From assembly GCA_964016885.1 (NCBI GenBank), contig OZ024741.1, positions 126,356,001 through 126,420,000 of the forward strand: a stretch of DNA of 64,000 bases, in the 5' to 3' direction. Shown here one piece after another: positions 29,492 through 43,069 of this stretch; positions within the stretch are counted from its first letter, which is position 1; each line of letters starts with the position of its first letter. The notes under the pieces were generated by a model. The model ran no database searches, was not told the DNA's origin, and saw only the letters and a list, made by a program, of their open reading frames with translations. The stretch is from Eledone cirrhosa. Lineage: Eukaryota. The position numbers and the translations under genes are program-made.

Positions 29492-29795
29492 CTAAATATA
29501 AGGGCATCTGTAGAACAACAGGGTCTCCTAAATCTTTTAAATGATTTCTGCTAAATAAGTTTTGTTGAATAATTTTTGGTTTTTTGTTTGCTTTTTGATT
29601 CTGATTGCTTCTAATGAACTTGGCAATATATTGTCAGATAAATTGGAAGGGTAGATTTCTGTGGTTGATATGGGGTGCATACTGTGTTTTTTACGGCCCG
29701 AGATACTCTAGGGAGTGATGAAAATATTTTTAACGTTTTGATATCTCTGTGCTGATATATTAATATCTGGTTGTCTCTGTACAAAGGCCATATGT
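29492..29795 (-). pseudogene. Frameshifted orphan ORF antisense within the PLE 3' region, apparently homologous to 23321-23680
   Basis: VKNTVCTPYQPQKST / I*QYIAKFIRS / KI*ETLLFYRCP in successive frames. Confidence 0.4.
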
Positions 29796-30944
29796 ATTAA
29801 TATGAATATGGAATGATTACAGAGTATATTTTATTTTATCTGTTTATTTTATCTGTCCATGTACATATATGTGTGCATACATAGATATATATATATGTAT
29901 GTGTGGGTATAGTTCTGGATATGTTACAGATATGCATAATATTCTATACATGAACGATAATCATGTATGTGAAGGCAGGAGTATTAATATATATTTTTTA
30001 TGTATGTATATATATAGTAAAATCTTTTATAACACAAGGGAAAACATTTTTTCTGTGAAACAAGAAATTACAGAGTTGATCACGTAAGATCATGGGTATG
30101 TCTATAGTATCAACTAGAACTTGAGATGACCTTCTCTTTTTCTTTTTCTTTTTCTTTCCTTTTCCGGAAAGTACATATATACTTATATATTTCCGTATTT
30201 TTTGAAGTTTTATCTCAGTTTTTGGTACATCGACCTCAGAATTTTAAACTAAACATATGGTCATTATTTTTCACACATTATATATCTATGTCTCATTCAT
30301 GAATATTGATATTTACATTATAATACCCAATTCATATGAATTGATAATTCAAATTGATAGGACATAACGTAAAGATGTAAATCTATCATCCCTCTCTCTA
30401 GATATAGCTCTTTCTTCTCCTCCCTCTTTATATTTGATGAAGACTGAGTATCGGTTATTTTAAATTTGCCTCTCGAGTTTCTCTCTTGTTTTCTCTCTTA
30501 CTTCTCTCCTATTTCTCTCACCTCCCCATATATAATAATTATTATTATTTGGTCTACCTCTTTTTTCCCCCCACCTCTATCTTTCTCTCTCTCTCTGTTT
30601 TCTCTTCATTTTTTATCTCTCTCCGTCTCCTTAACACTATAACTAAATAAATACGGTACTCCCTCCCTCCTAAATCTCTCAATTTGTATGATGAATTATT
30701 ATTATTCATCTGTTGCCTCAGCTGCCTCTCTTTTTTCACCTCCTCATTATTTCTCTCTCCCCTATCTCTCTCTATTTCTCTCTGTTTTTCTTTACATACA
30801 TTTCTTCTTTTTCTCCGTCTGTCTTTTTAACTGTGCTTAACACTAAATATTTATAAACATTTCACTACCAAACCAACTTCTTACATAAAACTTGATCAAT
30901 ATTTATGGTACGTCAAAATTATTTATAAAACTGTTTATATATTG

Positions 30945-31010
30945 TATTTTATCTGAAGAAGGCATGCCATATTTTTAATATGGTATCCCCGAAATATGTA
31001 TAATAAAATA
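30945..31010 (+). ncRNA. Type I minimal hammerhead ribozyme
   Basis: tattttat-CTGAAGA-aggcatgccatatt..aatatggtatcccc-GAAA-tatgta-TA-ataaaata. Confidence 0.85.
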
Positions 31011-31349
31011 AATATGGTTTTATAAATATAGCTTCCATTTGTTTAATATCGTATATCTACTCCAAAACTTGTTGAGTGCTTTATATCAGTTATAAAATAT
31101 TTACTTGTTGTAACCCAACAATTTTAAATAAAACTTTTGCATATATATATATATGTATGTATTTATGAATATATATATATATGTATATATATGTATGTAT
31201 TGATATATATGTATGTATATATATATATATATATATGTATGCATATATATGTTTGTATGGATATATATATGTATGCATATATATGTATGTTTGTATGTGT
31301 ATCGATATATATATATTTATGTATATATATATATATACATGTATACATA

Positions 31350-31483
<134 letters not shown>

Positions 31484-31559
31484 AATATACATGTACATTC
31501 ATATGAATCTTGGTCATGATGTGTTTGAACTCTCAATTTCCCACTCAACTCTTTATTGA

Positions 31560-32700
31560 GCATGAACCAATCACCGTCGGAAGATTGGTCAGGTGTCCAC
31601 CTTCCCACCTGAAGGCAGTTCCTGGCTAGTCTTCTTGTGGGATATAAAGTATTACCATCCGCTTCTCGATCCAACACACTCGAAGACTGGATTACATTTT
31701 TAGTTACAGGAAAAGGAAAGGTGAACCTCTTAGGTGTTCCGTTTGCAAGAGATGGAACCAGGCAAAAATCACTGAAGTCATTTTGTAGGAAATTCAACGA
31801 CTCAAAATTGAGGATAGAATAATTGGTATGTCCTTCAACACCACTGCCAGTAACACTCGTATACACCAAGGAGCCAATATGAAAATTGAAGCAGCTTTGA
31901 AAAAAATCCAGCTTGTGGCTGGTTTTCCGCCATCACATCTTCAGATGGTTTTGATGAAAGTCTTTGAGATCTTTTACTCATCCCCTAGTCTCGGTTCCCC
32001 ACTGTTCAAAACAAAAAGTTCCAGGAAAGTTGGTACTTCATAAGTCTCATTATCAAATTATCCTGAACAATGATGAGCCCATGGAAGATTTTTACAAGCA
32101 AAAGAGGGAGGAGATGGAAATCATCTCCGAAAAGACTATGTCGAGTTCACATCCATTCTCTATCTTGGTGGTTAGCCATCTCCCTACTTCTCCTCGGCGC
32201 CAAAGGTTTACCAGCAGGCTCACTATATGGCTATGGCCATATATGGGATCAATATAGTTCAGTTCAAAGCTTATACCACATGAGTCGAGATATCTAAAAA
32301 TCGTCACTTACTTTGTTACTTTTGTAAGTAAAATTCTGAAAGAAGCTATGGTTTCCAGATGAACTCCAAAGAATGATCTCAATTCGAAGCTACAACCAAT
32401 GTATCCTGACCAACAGATCGAAAATGTGGCATCACCTGTAGTACTTGCCAGAAGAGCTGGTTGCGTTGGCTTTCTTTAACGAACAAATTGGACTAAATAA
32501 AAAAAAAGAATGTTCCAAAATCTATCAAAAGAAGAAAAAAATAAGGGGATGAAAAAAGTCGAAGCGAGAGGAATGGCTTTCAGCAACAAAGACTGAGTGA
32601 CTTTGTTACGAAGAAAACAAATAGCGTTCCCCATCTGTTTCACACTGTCCTAAATAGTTTGGATTTTTGCACTGACGGCGATAGCAAAGCATCTGTCGAT
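31560..32700 (+). pseudogene. hAT-superfamily (hATm-like) transposase remnant
   Basis: [24 protein letters not shown] and [14 protein letters not shown], resembling the FDTTASNTG motif; many frameshifts. Confidence 0.75.
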
Positions 32701-32987
32701 GTTCTGAAAGTTGTGAATGACACTGATGAGTGAAGTATTTATCTTATAAAAAGGTTTAATGATTCTACAAAGGATAATAATCAAAGGGAAAATGTGCTCC
32801 AGAGGACAAAGGGCGCCATTTCCTGTTATAAATTTCATTCATAAAAAGTTTTTCTCTCTTGTATAGATGCAGAGTGTGTAACTGAGATTCCACGAATGTG
32901 TATATAAAAATACGCATATTATATATATAAGCATGTAAACATGATACAAAATACGAATCTCCCTGTAAATTAAAATGAAAAATGTAA

Positions 32988-33038
32988 ACACATTTAATCG
33001 AATTTCGGACCTAATTGGGCCATCATCAGAAAATGTGT
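32988..33038 (-). ncRNA. Type I minimal hammerhead ribozyme, partly degenerate
   Basis: acacatttt-CTGATGA-tggcc caatta ggtcc-GAAA-ttcgat-TA-aatgtgt. Confidence 0.7.
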
Positions 33039-33237
33039 ATATTTTCTGTAGCCAATTTACGGTGATAGCGTCTAATTCTATTTTCGAAATTTTTAAGCGA
33101 CACAGTATCATAAATATATTTAATGAATTATCGGTGGTATTTGAAAACAATATAAACATAAATATATATTTAGTCACGCTATCTCAGAAAAATATTTTTT
33201 CTAAACGAAAAAAAATTTAATATTTCTCTATTTCCTC

Positions 33238-33305
<68 letters not shown>

Positions 33306-33782
33306 CATACATATACAAATTCCGTATCACATTTTTATAATCAGTAACGTTGCATGAAATCTATATGAAACCTTGATAAACCAACGATATGTTTATTCTC
33401 CATTTTATTTTTCAGTTTTAACGATACAAATAAATGATAAACGTTATTTCTGAATTAGTTTCTAATGTTCAGGGAATTTGACGCATAAAAAAAATAGAAT
33501 CCTGTTTTGAGGGACCATATGCACTCAGGAATGCCTAAATATAATAGTATAATCATACAGAAACACATGCATACTTGAATATACATAAATGCTTGTGCAC
33601 ACTCAGACACACCAGTACATACACGCACACACACACATATGGAATGTAGAGAAGTGACACTCTATTTGATATATATAAAAGAAATAGTAAAAAAGGAAAA
33701 AGAAATAGTAGAAAATGCTAAAAGGATTTTCTTTCATAATAACATCAACACATTTATTTATAAAATGGGGATTTCCGCATTT

Positions 33783-33821
33783 CATTGTACCGGTTTCAGA
33801 TTACACGCTTTTTCAACAACG
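33783..33821 (-). ncRNA. Candidate minimal hammerhead with U3-A8 core and weak stem II; degenerate homologue at about 60875-60922
   Basis: cgttg-TTGAAAA-ag cgtgtaat ct-GAAA-ccgg-TA-caatg. Confidence 0.55.
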
Positions 33822-33947
33822 GAAGTGTATAATGCAACTAAATTGCATATTAATAAGAATAATAAGAATATGGGGAAAAAATTTGTTTTTAGGAAGAAAG
33901 TTCACATTTTTGTCTGTAGTTTTCTTTCGGCAGAAAAAAGGGCGACA

Positions 33948-33991
33948 ATCGTCGATACATTTCGAACTCAACTGGTCCTCGTCAGGACGAT
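33948..33991 (-). ncRNA. Type I minimal hammerhead ribozyme (44 nt)
   Basis: atcgtc-CTGACGA-ggac cagttga gttc-GAAA-tgta-TC-gacgat. Confidence 0.9.
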
Positions 33992-34113
33992 CCCTCCCGG
34001 TCTTGCAACTGCCGAACACCGCTTGGTGGCGTTGACTGCCAGTGTTATTCATAGCTACGGCTTTCTAAATGTTTATTTATAAACAAACTGTATTTCTTTA
34101 GAAATAGGAAATT

Positions 34114-34259
<146 letters not shown>

Positions 34260-34541
34260 GTCATAATCTGCAGCGTCGATGAGTGCTATATGTAGACTTA
34301 ATAAAGAAGTGTTAGATTTCTAGGCAATTTTATTTCACAGATTTAACGAACTGTATTTATGAATTCATTTTTCATGTTCAGGAAATTGGCTTGCATGAAA
34401 ATATAAAGTTAAGGTTTGAGGAACCATTTCTTTTCGTTCACACACATATGCGGTAAAACACATATATGCACACGATCATGCATATTCACGTGCACACACA
34501 CACACACTCATACAAACATCTCTCTCTATTCCCCTCTCTCT

Positions 34542-34633
<92 letters not shown>

Positions 34634-34655
34634 TGGTTAAACAACAGTTAGTTCA

Positions 34656-34706
34656 CCATACCGAGAACAATTGTTTCACCTTAGCGGATCCTCAGCTCGG
34701 AATGGG
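34656..34706 (-). ncRNA. Type I minimal hammerhead ribozyme (inverted copy)
   Basis: Reverse complement of 35459-35510. Confidence 0.82.
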
Positions 34707-35458
34707 CATGGTTATAGGAACAGGAAGGACAACTGTACGAACGCGCATGCGCAGAATCCCGGTCACTTCACACAGGCAATACTAGACTGCGTGCGAGAGG
34801 TGTAAGGGAGATAACTGCGAAAGTCCGAAAAGTTTTTAGGTTGCCCACCAGGGTGCTCTTGCCGTAAGCCTGAAGCTTGCTCCCTTCAACAGCAATGCAA
34901 CACACCCGCTGTAATTTATGAAGCTGTGGTCACTTCCAACCGACCAAACGAACCACAGGAGGTCAAATCCTATGTGGGTATGGCGGAGGGCCGATTTAAG
35001 GAACGCTTCCTGAACCATCAGTCACCTTCAGGTACCCGGACAGACGTTCATCCACGAAACTCGCGAGCCACGTATGGTCCCTCAAGGACTCAAGTATAGA
35101 CTACTCCGTTCAATGGAAACCCATCACTAAGTCCAAGCCATACGCAAGGGGAAATCCGACGTGTGGCTTATGTATTGACGAACGAATAACTATTCTAAAG
35201 AGATTACGCAATAGTGATTGCCTAAACACGAGAAATGAATTTTTCACACATTGTCCATACATCGCCAAACACCTATTGCATAACTACAAGGCTCCGGACT
35301 GATTCTTTTTAATTTTATTTTCAACCTAAAAACCTTTCGAACTTTCACAGTTATCTCCCTTACACCTCTCGCACGCAGTCTAGTATTGCCTGTGTGAAGT
35401 GACCGGGTTTCTGCGCATGCGCGTTCGTACAGTTATCCTTCCTGTTCCTATAACCATG

Positions 35459-35510
35459 CCCATTCCGAGCTGAGGATCCGCTAAGGTGAAACAATTGTTC
35501 TCGGTATGGG
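35459..35510 (+). ncRNA. Type I minimal hammerhead ribozyme
   Basis: ccgag-CTGAGGA-tcc gctaa ggt-GAAA-caattg-TT-ctcgg. Confidence 0.82.
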
Positions 35511-35590
35511 GAACTAACTGTTGTGTAACGACTTCTACCTAACTCGTCTGAGTGCTCTACCAGTACGGATATTACCTTCCAGTGTTCCAC

Positions 35591-35671
<81 letters not shown>

Positions 35672-35962
35672 AGGGATGGAAGCATCTTAGCTACCATCAG
35701 AGACATATATATATATATATAAAACCAAAATTAAGATAAAATAAATTAAATGAATTTAATCTAAATCGAAATTGTGGGTGTCATCTCATAAGGCATGCAC
35801 CATATATCCTGGAAATTAAGCTCTAAGATAAATCTGAGCATATTATAATAACTAGAAATTGATTAACATATAAATATACATGAATAATCACAGGAGATAA
35901 TTTTTGCTCGCGTGTAACCACGCATAGCTAGTATAGGTAATATTTACCTTTAAGTATGATTA

Positions 35963-36062
35963 ACCTTCCTTGTATATATCCCATTAAAGAAATATATTTC
36001 ACCAATTAATCAGATGGTAAGTCACGGAAAGTGGATATTATTGGATTGTCAACAAGGAAAGT
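35963..36062 (-). ncRNA. Type I hammerhead ribozyme, U3-A8 core (inverted copy)
   Basis: Reverse complement of 36564-36663 with the same TTGACAA core. Confidence 0.85.
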
Positions 36063-36563
36063 GTAATAATTTACAGCTATCCGTACTTACAGAACGAGTT
36101 TAAATCTCCATCTAGCCGCTACCACGTGTTGTGTCTACGGTTTCGTTTCAGTGGCGTGAATAGGTATTCGACAACTAGAAATAGCAGTCAAATTTTCTTC
36201 AACAGAAATAGCTCTACAATTAAGGAGCCGTATATATATATCTAAATCCAAAATTAATTATTTATCTTAGAGCTTAATTTCCAGGATATATGGCGCATGC
36301 CTTATGACATGACACCCACAATTTCGATTTAGATTAAATTCATTTAATTTATTTTATCTTAATTTTTGATTTAGATATATATATACGGCTCCTTAATTGT
36401 AGAGCTATTTCTGTTGAAGAAAATTTGACTGCTATTTCTAGTTGTCGAATACCTATTCACGCCACTGAAACGAAACCGCTATCTTGTGTAGACACAACAC
36501 GTGGTAGCGGCTAGATGGAGATGTAAACTCGTTCTGTAAGTACGGATAGCTGTAAATTATTAC

Positions 36564-36663
36564 ACTTTCCTTGTTGACAATCCAATAATATCCACTTTGC
36601 GTGACTTATCATCTGATTAATTGGTGAAATATATTTCTTTAATGGGATATATACAAGGAAGGT
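36564..36663 (+). ncRNA. Type I hammerhead ribozyme, U3-A8 core
   Basis: actttccttg-TTGACAA-tccaat..attggt-GAAA-tatatttc..gggatata-TA-caaggaaggt; 10-bp stem I. Confidence 0.85.
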
Positions 36664-36949
36664 TAATCATACTTACTTAAAGGTAAATATTACCTATACT
36701 AGCTATGCGTGGTTACACGCGGGCAAAAATTATCTCCTGTGATTATTCATGTATATTTATATATTAATCAATTTCTAGTTATTATATATATATATATGTA
36801 TATTGTTTAGAAAATGTAAGATGACGCATGTCGAAACATCAGCGACCCACAGCAGACGGCCGAAGAGATGGAATTGTCCTTATGTTGTGTTTCTCTTATT
36901 TTTTCTAAACAATATTTATTAGTAACCACACAGCGCCTTTGTCAACTTT

Positions 36950-37089
<140 letters not shown>

Positions 37090-37140
37090 CGTCTGTGTGC
37101 GTGTATAAACAAATAAATAATATATTACTTTTCTCTTCTT

Positions 37141-37340
<200 letters not shown>

Positions 37341-37347
37341 ATATATG

Positions 37348-37393
<46 letters not shown>

Positions 37394-37394
37394 T

Positions 37395-37925
37395 AAAGTT
37401 TGAGAGGCTTCGGCCAGTATGGGCCCAGGCCATGTCTAACTTAATGGTGAAGTCTTTCAAATCTTGATTTGGACCCCTCAGCCCACTCAAGTACATAATT
37501 AATGTTTGCGGAGACATATCCGAGTGTAGGAGGTTTTTGCAGGATTTCTTGGAGGAATTTGTCCAAAGACATTTTGAATTTTATGCGGTCTGTTTCTGTT
37601 TTAATGTGTTTTGGTGTAATGTTAAAGAGAGCGGGACCAATTGAGGTGAAGTAATTGTGCCGTAATGTTGTTATGAAATGCGAGTTTCATTTTTGTTGTG
37701 AGCGGATAGCAAGGGGCAAGCCTTAGGTATACTTTAAAGATGATGCCTACATCATTTAGGCAATCCTGATCGAATATTTTCCACATTATGCAGATAATTT
37801 AGCGCCTACGGCGGCGTTGGAGAGAATAGAGTTTGAGCTTTTGTAGTCGATCCCAATAGTCAAGGCCTATCATGCTGTCTACTTTTTTTTGTGATTGATC
37901 TTTGAGGAGCTTCAATTTTCATAAT
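37395..37925 (-). pseudogene. CR1-like LINE 3' remnant
   Basis: LDYWDRLQKLKLYSLQRRR..IMWKI..GPALFN..FKMSLDKFL. Confidence 0.88.
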
Positions 37926-38042
37926 ACCTTTGTATTTTTATTTCTTTAAAATAACTTTTGAAGCTTTGCCCTAAAAAATTGTTTCTCGTTTTATTTTGTT
38001 TACGTTCGTTGTCTTGTTCCCTGTTAATTTTCTTAAGTTTTT

Positions 38043-38079
<37 letters not shown>

Positions 38080-38229
38080 TTCAACGAACGCTTTGTGATT
38101 GAGAAAGATAAATAACCAATCGATTAACTTAATTAGTCAATTATATCAATTGCACAAATATTTCTCAAATCTCATAGGAAACAGAATTATTTACGTATCT
38201 TGAATTTAGCCGCTTTCAATTATTCCTCT

Positions 38230-38351
<122 letters not shown>

Positions 38352-38734
38352 GTGTGTATTTATGGTCCCGTAACTCCTGATAGTGTCGTAGGGGTACCGT
38401 ATTGACATACGGTGTTTCTTGGGCATTTTAAGCCTGGCCGAACCGATCCCTCTCCCAGCCTGAGTACAGCAGATTTCTTCCAGAGAAAGATAGAAAGTGA
38501 GAGAGAGGAAATGAGAAAGAGATATAGAGCAAGAATCGACCCCAGTTCTACACTGGTACGTTTTTTTATCGACCTCGAAAGGATGAAAGGCAAAGTTTAC
38601 CTCGGCGGGTCAGAGAGCCGAAACGAATACCATAAAGCATTCTATCCGGTGATCTATCGACTCTGCCAATTTGCCGCCTTATACACATATACATAATATA
38701 TACATATACATGTACACGCACACGCGCGCGCGCG

Positions 38735-38768
<34 letters not shown>

Positions 38769-39078
38769 CTATCCTGGGAACCATTGAGTAGGTTACGTTT
38801 TATCTGGTTCCAAAGAAATTTCTCCCTGAAAACGGAATAAATTCTTCCAATATTGGTTATTTCAATGTATTTAAATGATAAATATTATTTCTTAATTCCA
38901 TGGTTGGGGATAGAATTATGAGTAAAACTGACTTATTTTAGTCGGTATAGCTTATAACCCTCCTAAATCGTAATTTTGGCTCAAGCTTAATATGTTTTAT
39001 TACTTCTTTGAGTTGATATTGTATTTATATATTTTATTTTTTCATCGAGATGTCTAATAGTAGGGACAAATAACTTAA

Positions 39079-39489
<411 letters not shown>

Positions 39490-39534
39490 TTATATATATA
39501 TACATATATATATATACATATATATACATATATG

Positions 39535-39609
<75 letters not shown>

Positions 39610-39967
39610 GAGTGTATGTGTGTGTGTGATTTGGTTATGTTAGGAAGTCGCTACAGTGGGGTTATAAATATTCAGACAATAAACTCGGTTGAAGAAAGGA
39701 AACGGAGAGGTTCAGTGGAGATAAAGAAACAAAAGAGACAACTAATGTTAGGTGTGAAATATGTATTGGTCCCTATAATTCGGATGTACCTTCCATTGCT
39801 CTTCCTCTTCTCCATTCAACATGTTTTTTCACTCGAGTTTCTTCACACCGTCTCTTCATTTGTGTTTGTTACCTGAATATTTACAACCCTATCTACATTC
39901 TAGCGGCTTCCTAAACAACCAATTTTCATATTTTACAATGCATAAAAAAAAATTACAAGACTCTTAT

Positions 39968-40203
39968 ACCATCATCATCATTTTTACGTCCGCTTTTCCC
40001 TGCTTACAAGGGTGGGACGGGTCCTCTTCAGCACAGCATCTCTCCACTCACCACGGTCCCCCGTCATCTCCTATGTGAGCTTCAGTGATCTGAGTTCAGC
40101 TCTCACCACCTCGACCCATGTTTTCCGTGGTCTTCTTCTACTGCGTCTTCCTTCCGCCGGGATTTCTTGGCACTTCTTCCCCCAGCGGTCATCTTGCATG
40201 CGC

Positions 40204-40205
<2 letters not shown>
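39968..40205 (-). mobile_element. RTE-clade LINE 3' end with (GAT)n tail
   Basis: VKRMQDDRW.KK..EGRRSRRRPRKTW.EVV..DRGEWR. Confidence 0.85.
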
Positions 40206-40269
<64 letters not shown>

Positions 40270-41519
40270 TATATATATATTCACAAAGCTCACATTTGTA
40301 TATATATATACAGGCCCACACAAATTTGCACAAACAAACACCATATATAAGTATATATATCTATTCCTCTCTCTCTCTTCTTTCTCTCTCCCTTCGTCTC
40401 TCTCTCCCCCCTCTCTCTCTCGTTATATATATATGTCTCTGTGTCTGTATTTAAGTTTCAACGTATAACCTTCACAGTTAGACCGATATTGCAAAAGTTA
40501 TTTCGCCCATGCAACTAATCTGAGAGTGCAAGGTATGAATGCCGAACATTCTCATATTAAACCCACTAATATATTGGGTCATTACGTCTAAAAATTATTT
40601 TAAAAAAATATCTTTCAGAAAAGATTGAGGTGTTCCTATCACTATCTATTATCAGCTTAGTGTATTTTAGTGTATTTGGTACTCCTCCAAACATCTCTGA
40701 ACAATTTTAGAGTGTTTTCTGAATAAACAAATTACTTACAATGAAATCGTCACGAGTGTTACTGTAGAAAACAACACAAGTTAATTTGTTCAGCGTCTGT
40801 ATGTTTCCATTGCATCGCATTGCTTTCATAATCTAATTTTGAAAGCTATGCTACTTAAAACTTCTTAATGTATTTATTATCACAAGCTTTAGAAGTTCGC
40901 TTCACAATAATAAGGTTCTGGGTTGGGTCCCACTGAGCTGGCTCTTGAGCAAGCATCTTTTAACACAGCTAAGGATCGATTCATATTTAATCCATAACAA
41001 TCCACGACAACTTCCATGGATTCCGCAATTATCGGCTTTTGTTTATGTACATACAGTCGTGCATATCCTTAATTATGATTGCCTTTATAATCAATGTTAA
41101 GGCGGTGAATTGGCAGAGCTGTCAGAAAGTCAGATAGAATGCTTTGCGTTATTCGTTTCGGCTTTCTCGTTTCTGAGTTCAAATCCCGCTGAAGATAACT
41201 TTGCCTTTCATTCGAGCTCGATAAAAATGTACTAGTCAAGTACTGGGATAGATCCTTCCCCTATACCACTTTCTTACTTCCATTCTGTCACTCTCTATAT
41301 CCTTCTGCTGTATTCAGACTTGGGGAGGAGATGTCCAAAGGAGAAAGAGAGAGACGAAAGACAAAACATTAATTTATAGCCGTTAAGCTAAAAAAACATA
41401 CAATTTTTTGTGACGTTAGGGAAAATGTCTGGTGTCTCTTAGGAAGCGTGAAACACGAATGAAACAAAAAGGAAAAATGTAAGAAGAAGAAAGTAAGATG
41501 TGTTAAAAAATGTAAGAAA

Positions 41520-42520
41520 CTTTTATGGAAAAGTGGTCCAATCCCGGAGTGTGCCGAGGTGGTCTCTTTTGCAAATTTAAAGAACGTCTTAGGGTTCGTC
41601 TTTATGTTTCTTATAGCCCTGGCTTCTCTTTCTATCCTCTCCTTTTCATGGGAGCGTTTGAGTTCATTTTCAGTTTGAAACAGTACCTGCTTCAAATGGG
41701 ATTCCATATTATTCTTTACTTGTGTATGTAGCCGGTTTGAGATCTTCGTTCTTATTCTCTTAAGAATTCTCGTAAATGTTGGCCTTTCTTTCCGGAGCAA
41801 ACTTAGACCACATAGCTTGTATTATTTCCATGAATTGCTCAAGTTGTAAGTTGACATCACTTGCAGAGAGACTCGGTTCAATTTTTCTTCAGGAGCTCGT
41901 CCTGAATCTTTTCCCCCTTACTTTGTGGCAGTTTAAGCTGAATAGAGACCCAGTGCTTCCCGTCGGCTCTATATCTACAGTCTTCATCGGACTATACATT
42001 CCTAGTTCTACTATGTTATGGTCCAAGAAAATCTTTGGTGTCACTTTCACGTTATGGATAAGCCCCGTGTCATTCGTGAAGCAGAGATGCAGGGTATTCT
42101 CACCTCTTGTAGGATGATGTACTATCTGATCCACGAAGAGCCTGTTTGTAAGGTCCAACAAGGATTCTGTCTGCCTTTGTTCAGGTGCCGTCATTCCTGA
42201 GAGGGGCTGGCCTTCGTGCCATTTAACTTTGGGAGGGTTAAAATCTACCAGCAGCAGGATGTTGTGACACTGATCCAACTTGGTCAGCACTTCATCAATC
42301 CTTCTGAGGCTTCTTCAAACTTGTCCTCTGGGGGCATCTGGTGGTCGATATGTGACACATATTACAATTTCTAGCGTTGGAATGTGACAACAGTACTAAG
42401 GATTCATGGATGCCCAAAGCAATTCCATCATGTCAGTGCGAAATACAACATATTTTAGTATATGTATTTTCGCATCTGCTATGCTAGCTGTCTGGTGAGT
42501 TCAATTAGTGCTATGCATAT
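41520..42520 (-). pseudogene. CR1-like LINE APE endonuclease and linker remnant
   Basis: YRPP..LLVDFN.PKVKW..QIVHHPTRGENTL.LCFTN..DHNIV; IRNIKTNPKTFFKFAK. Confidence 0.88.
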
Positions 42521-43035
42521 TACTTGATTGCTTATGGCTAAGTCTCTCAGGTAGGGGATCTTACACATGTTGGTCAGTTTTACCAGGCTTCTGGCATTTA
42601 GTCACTGGTGTGACATTTGGCGTGCCAGTGGTGATGGTGATATGGAATTTGTGGTGTTCTTTATTTATGGTGGTCGCGAGTGTTGATGTGACTGACTTTG
42701 GCTTTGTATTTGACGAAGCAAAGTCAGCTGTCTCAGAATCTTTTACACTATTTTTAAAATAGTCTGTTTTTCTACAGCTAGAGTCTGTACTGCTTCTGCA
42801 TACTGTCTCCTCTTCATCAGGGCAGTACGTGCAACCCCAGCACACAAAAGGAAAGAGAGAAAAAGAAAATAGGAAGAAAAAAAGGCAAGAAGAAAGTAGA
42901 TATTGTGTTGAATGTAAACCATGGAGATTATTGGTAAGAGAAGAGAAAACACAGATTAGTAATAATAAACTTAAGAAAATTAACAAGAGAAGACAAGACA
43001 ACAAACGAATCCATGTATGTATGCACACACACACG

Positions 43036-43069
<34 letters not shown>

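Larger units (their letters stand above)
34632..35593 (+). mobile_element. 5'-truncated PLE (EN domain 34854-35302) with an inverted pLTR (34641-34843 vs 35322-35524), inserted in (TA)n
   Basis: CSCRKPEACSLQQQC..VIYEA..SYVG..FKERFLNH..CGLCIDE..LNTRNEFFTHC; about 200-bp inverted arms. Confidence 0.93.
35715..36785. mobile_element. Permuted inverted-repeat pLTR element (A-B-A'-B')
   Basis: 35720-35833 is the reverse complement of about 36260-36375; 35843-36257 of about 36359-36785. Confidence 0.9.

Noticed and set aside
36820-36870. gac-gcat-gtc-GAAAC hammerhead-like half
   Set aside because: Catalytic core and stem I are absent.
42770-42835. CTGATGA on the minus strand as a possible HHR
   Set aside because: No correctly placed GAAA-stem III-UH with a stem I partner.
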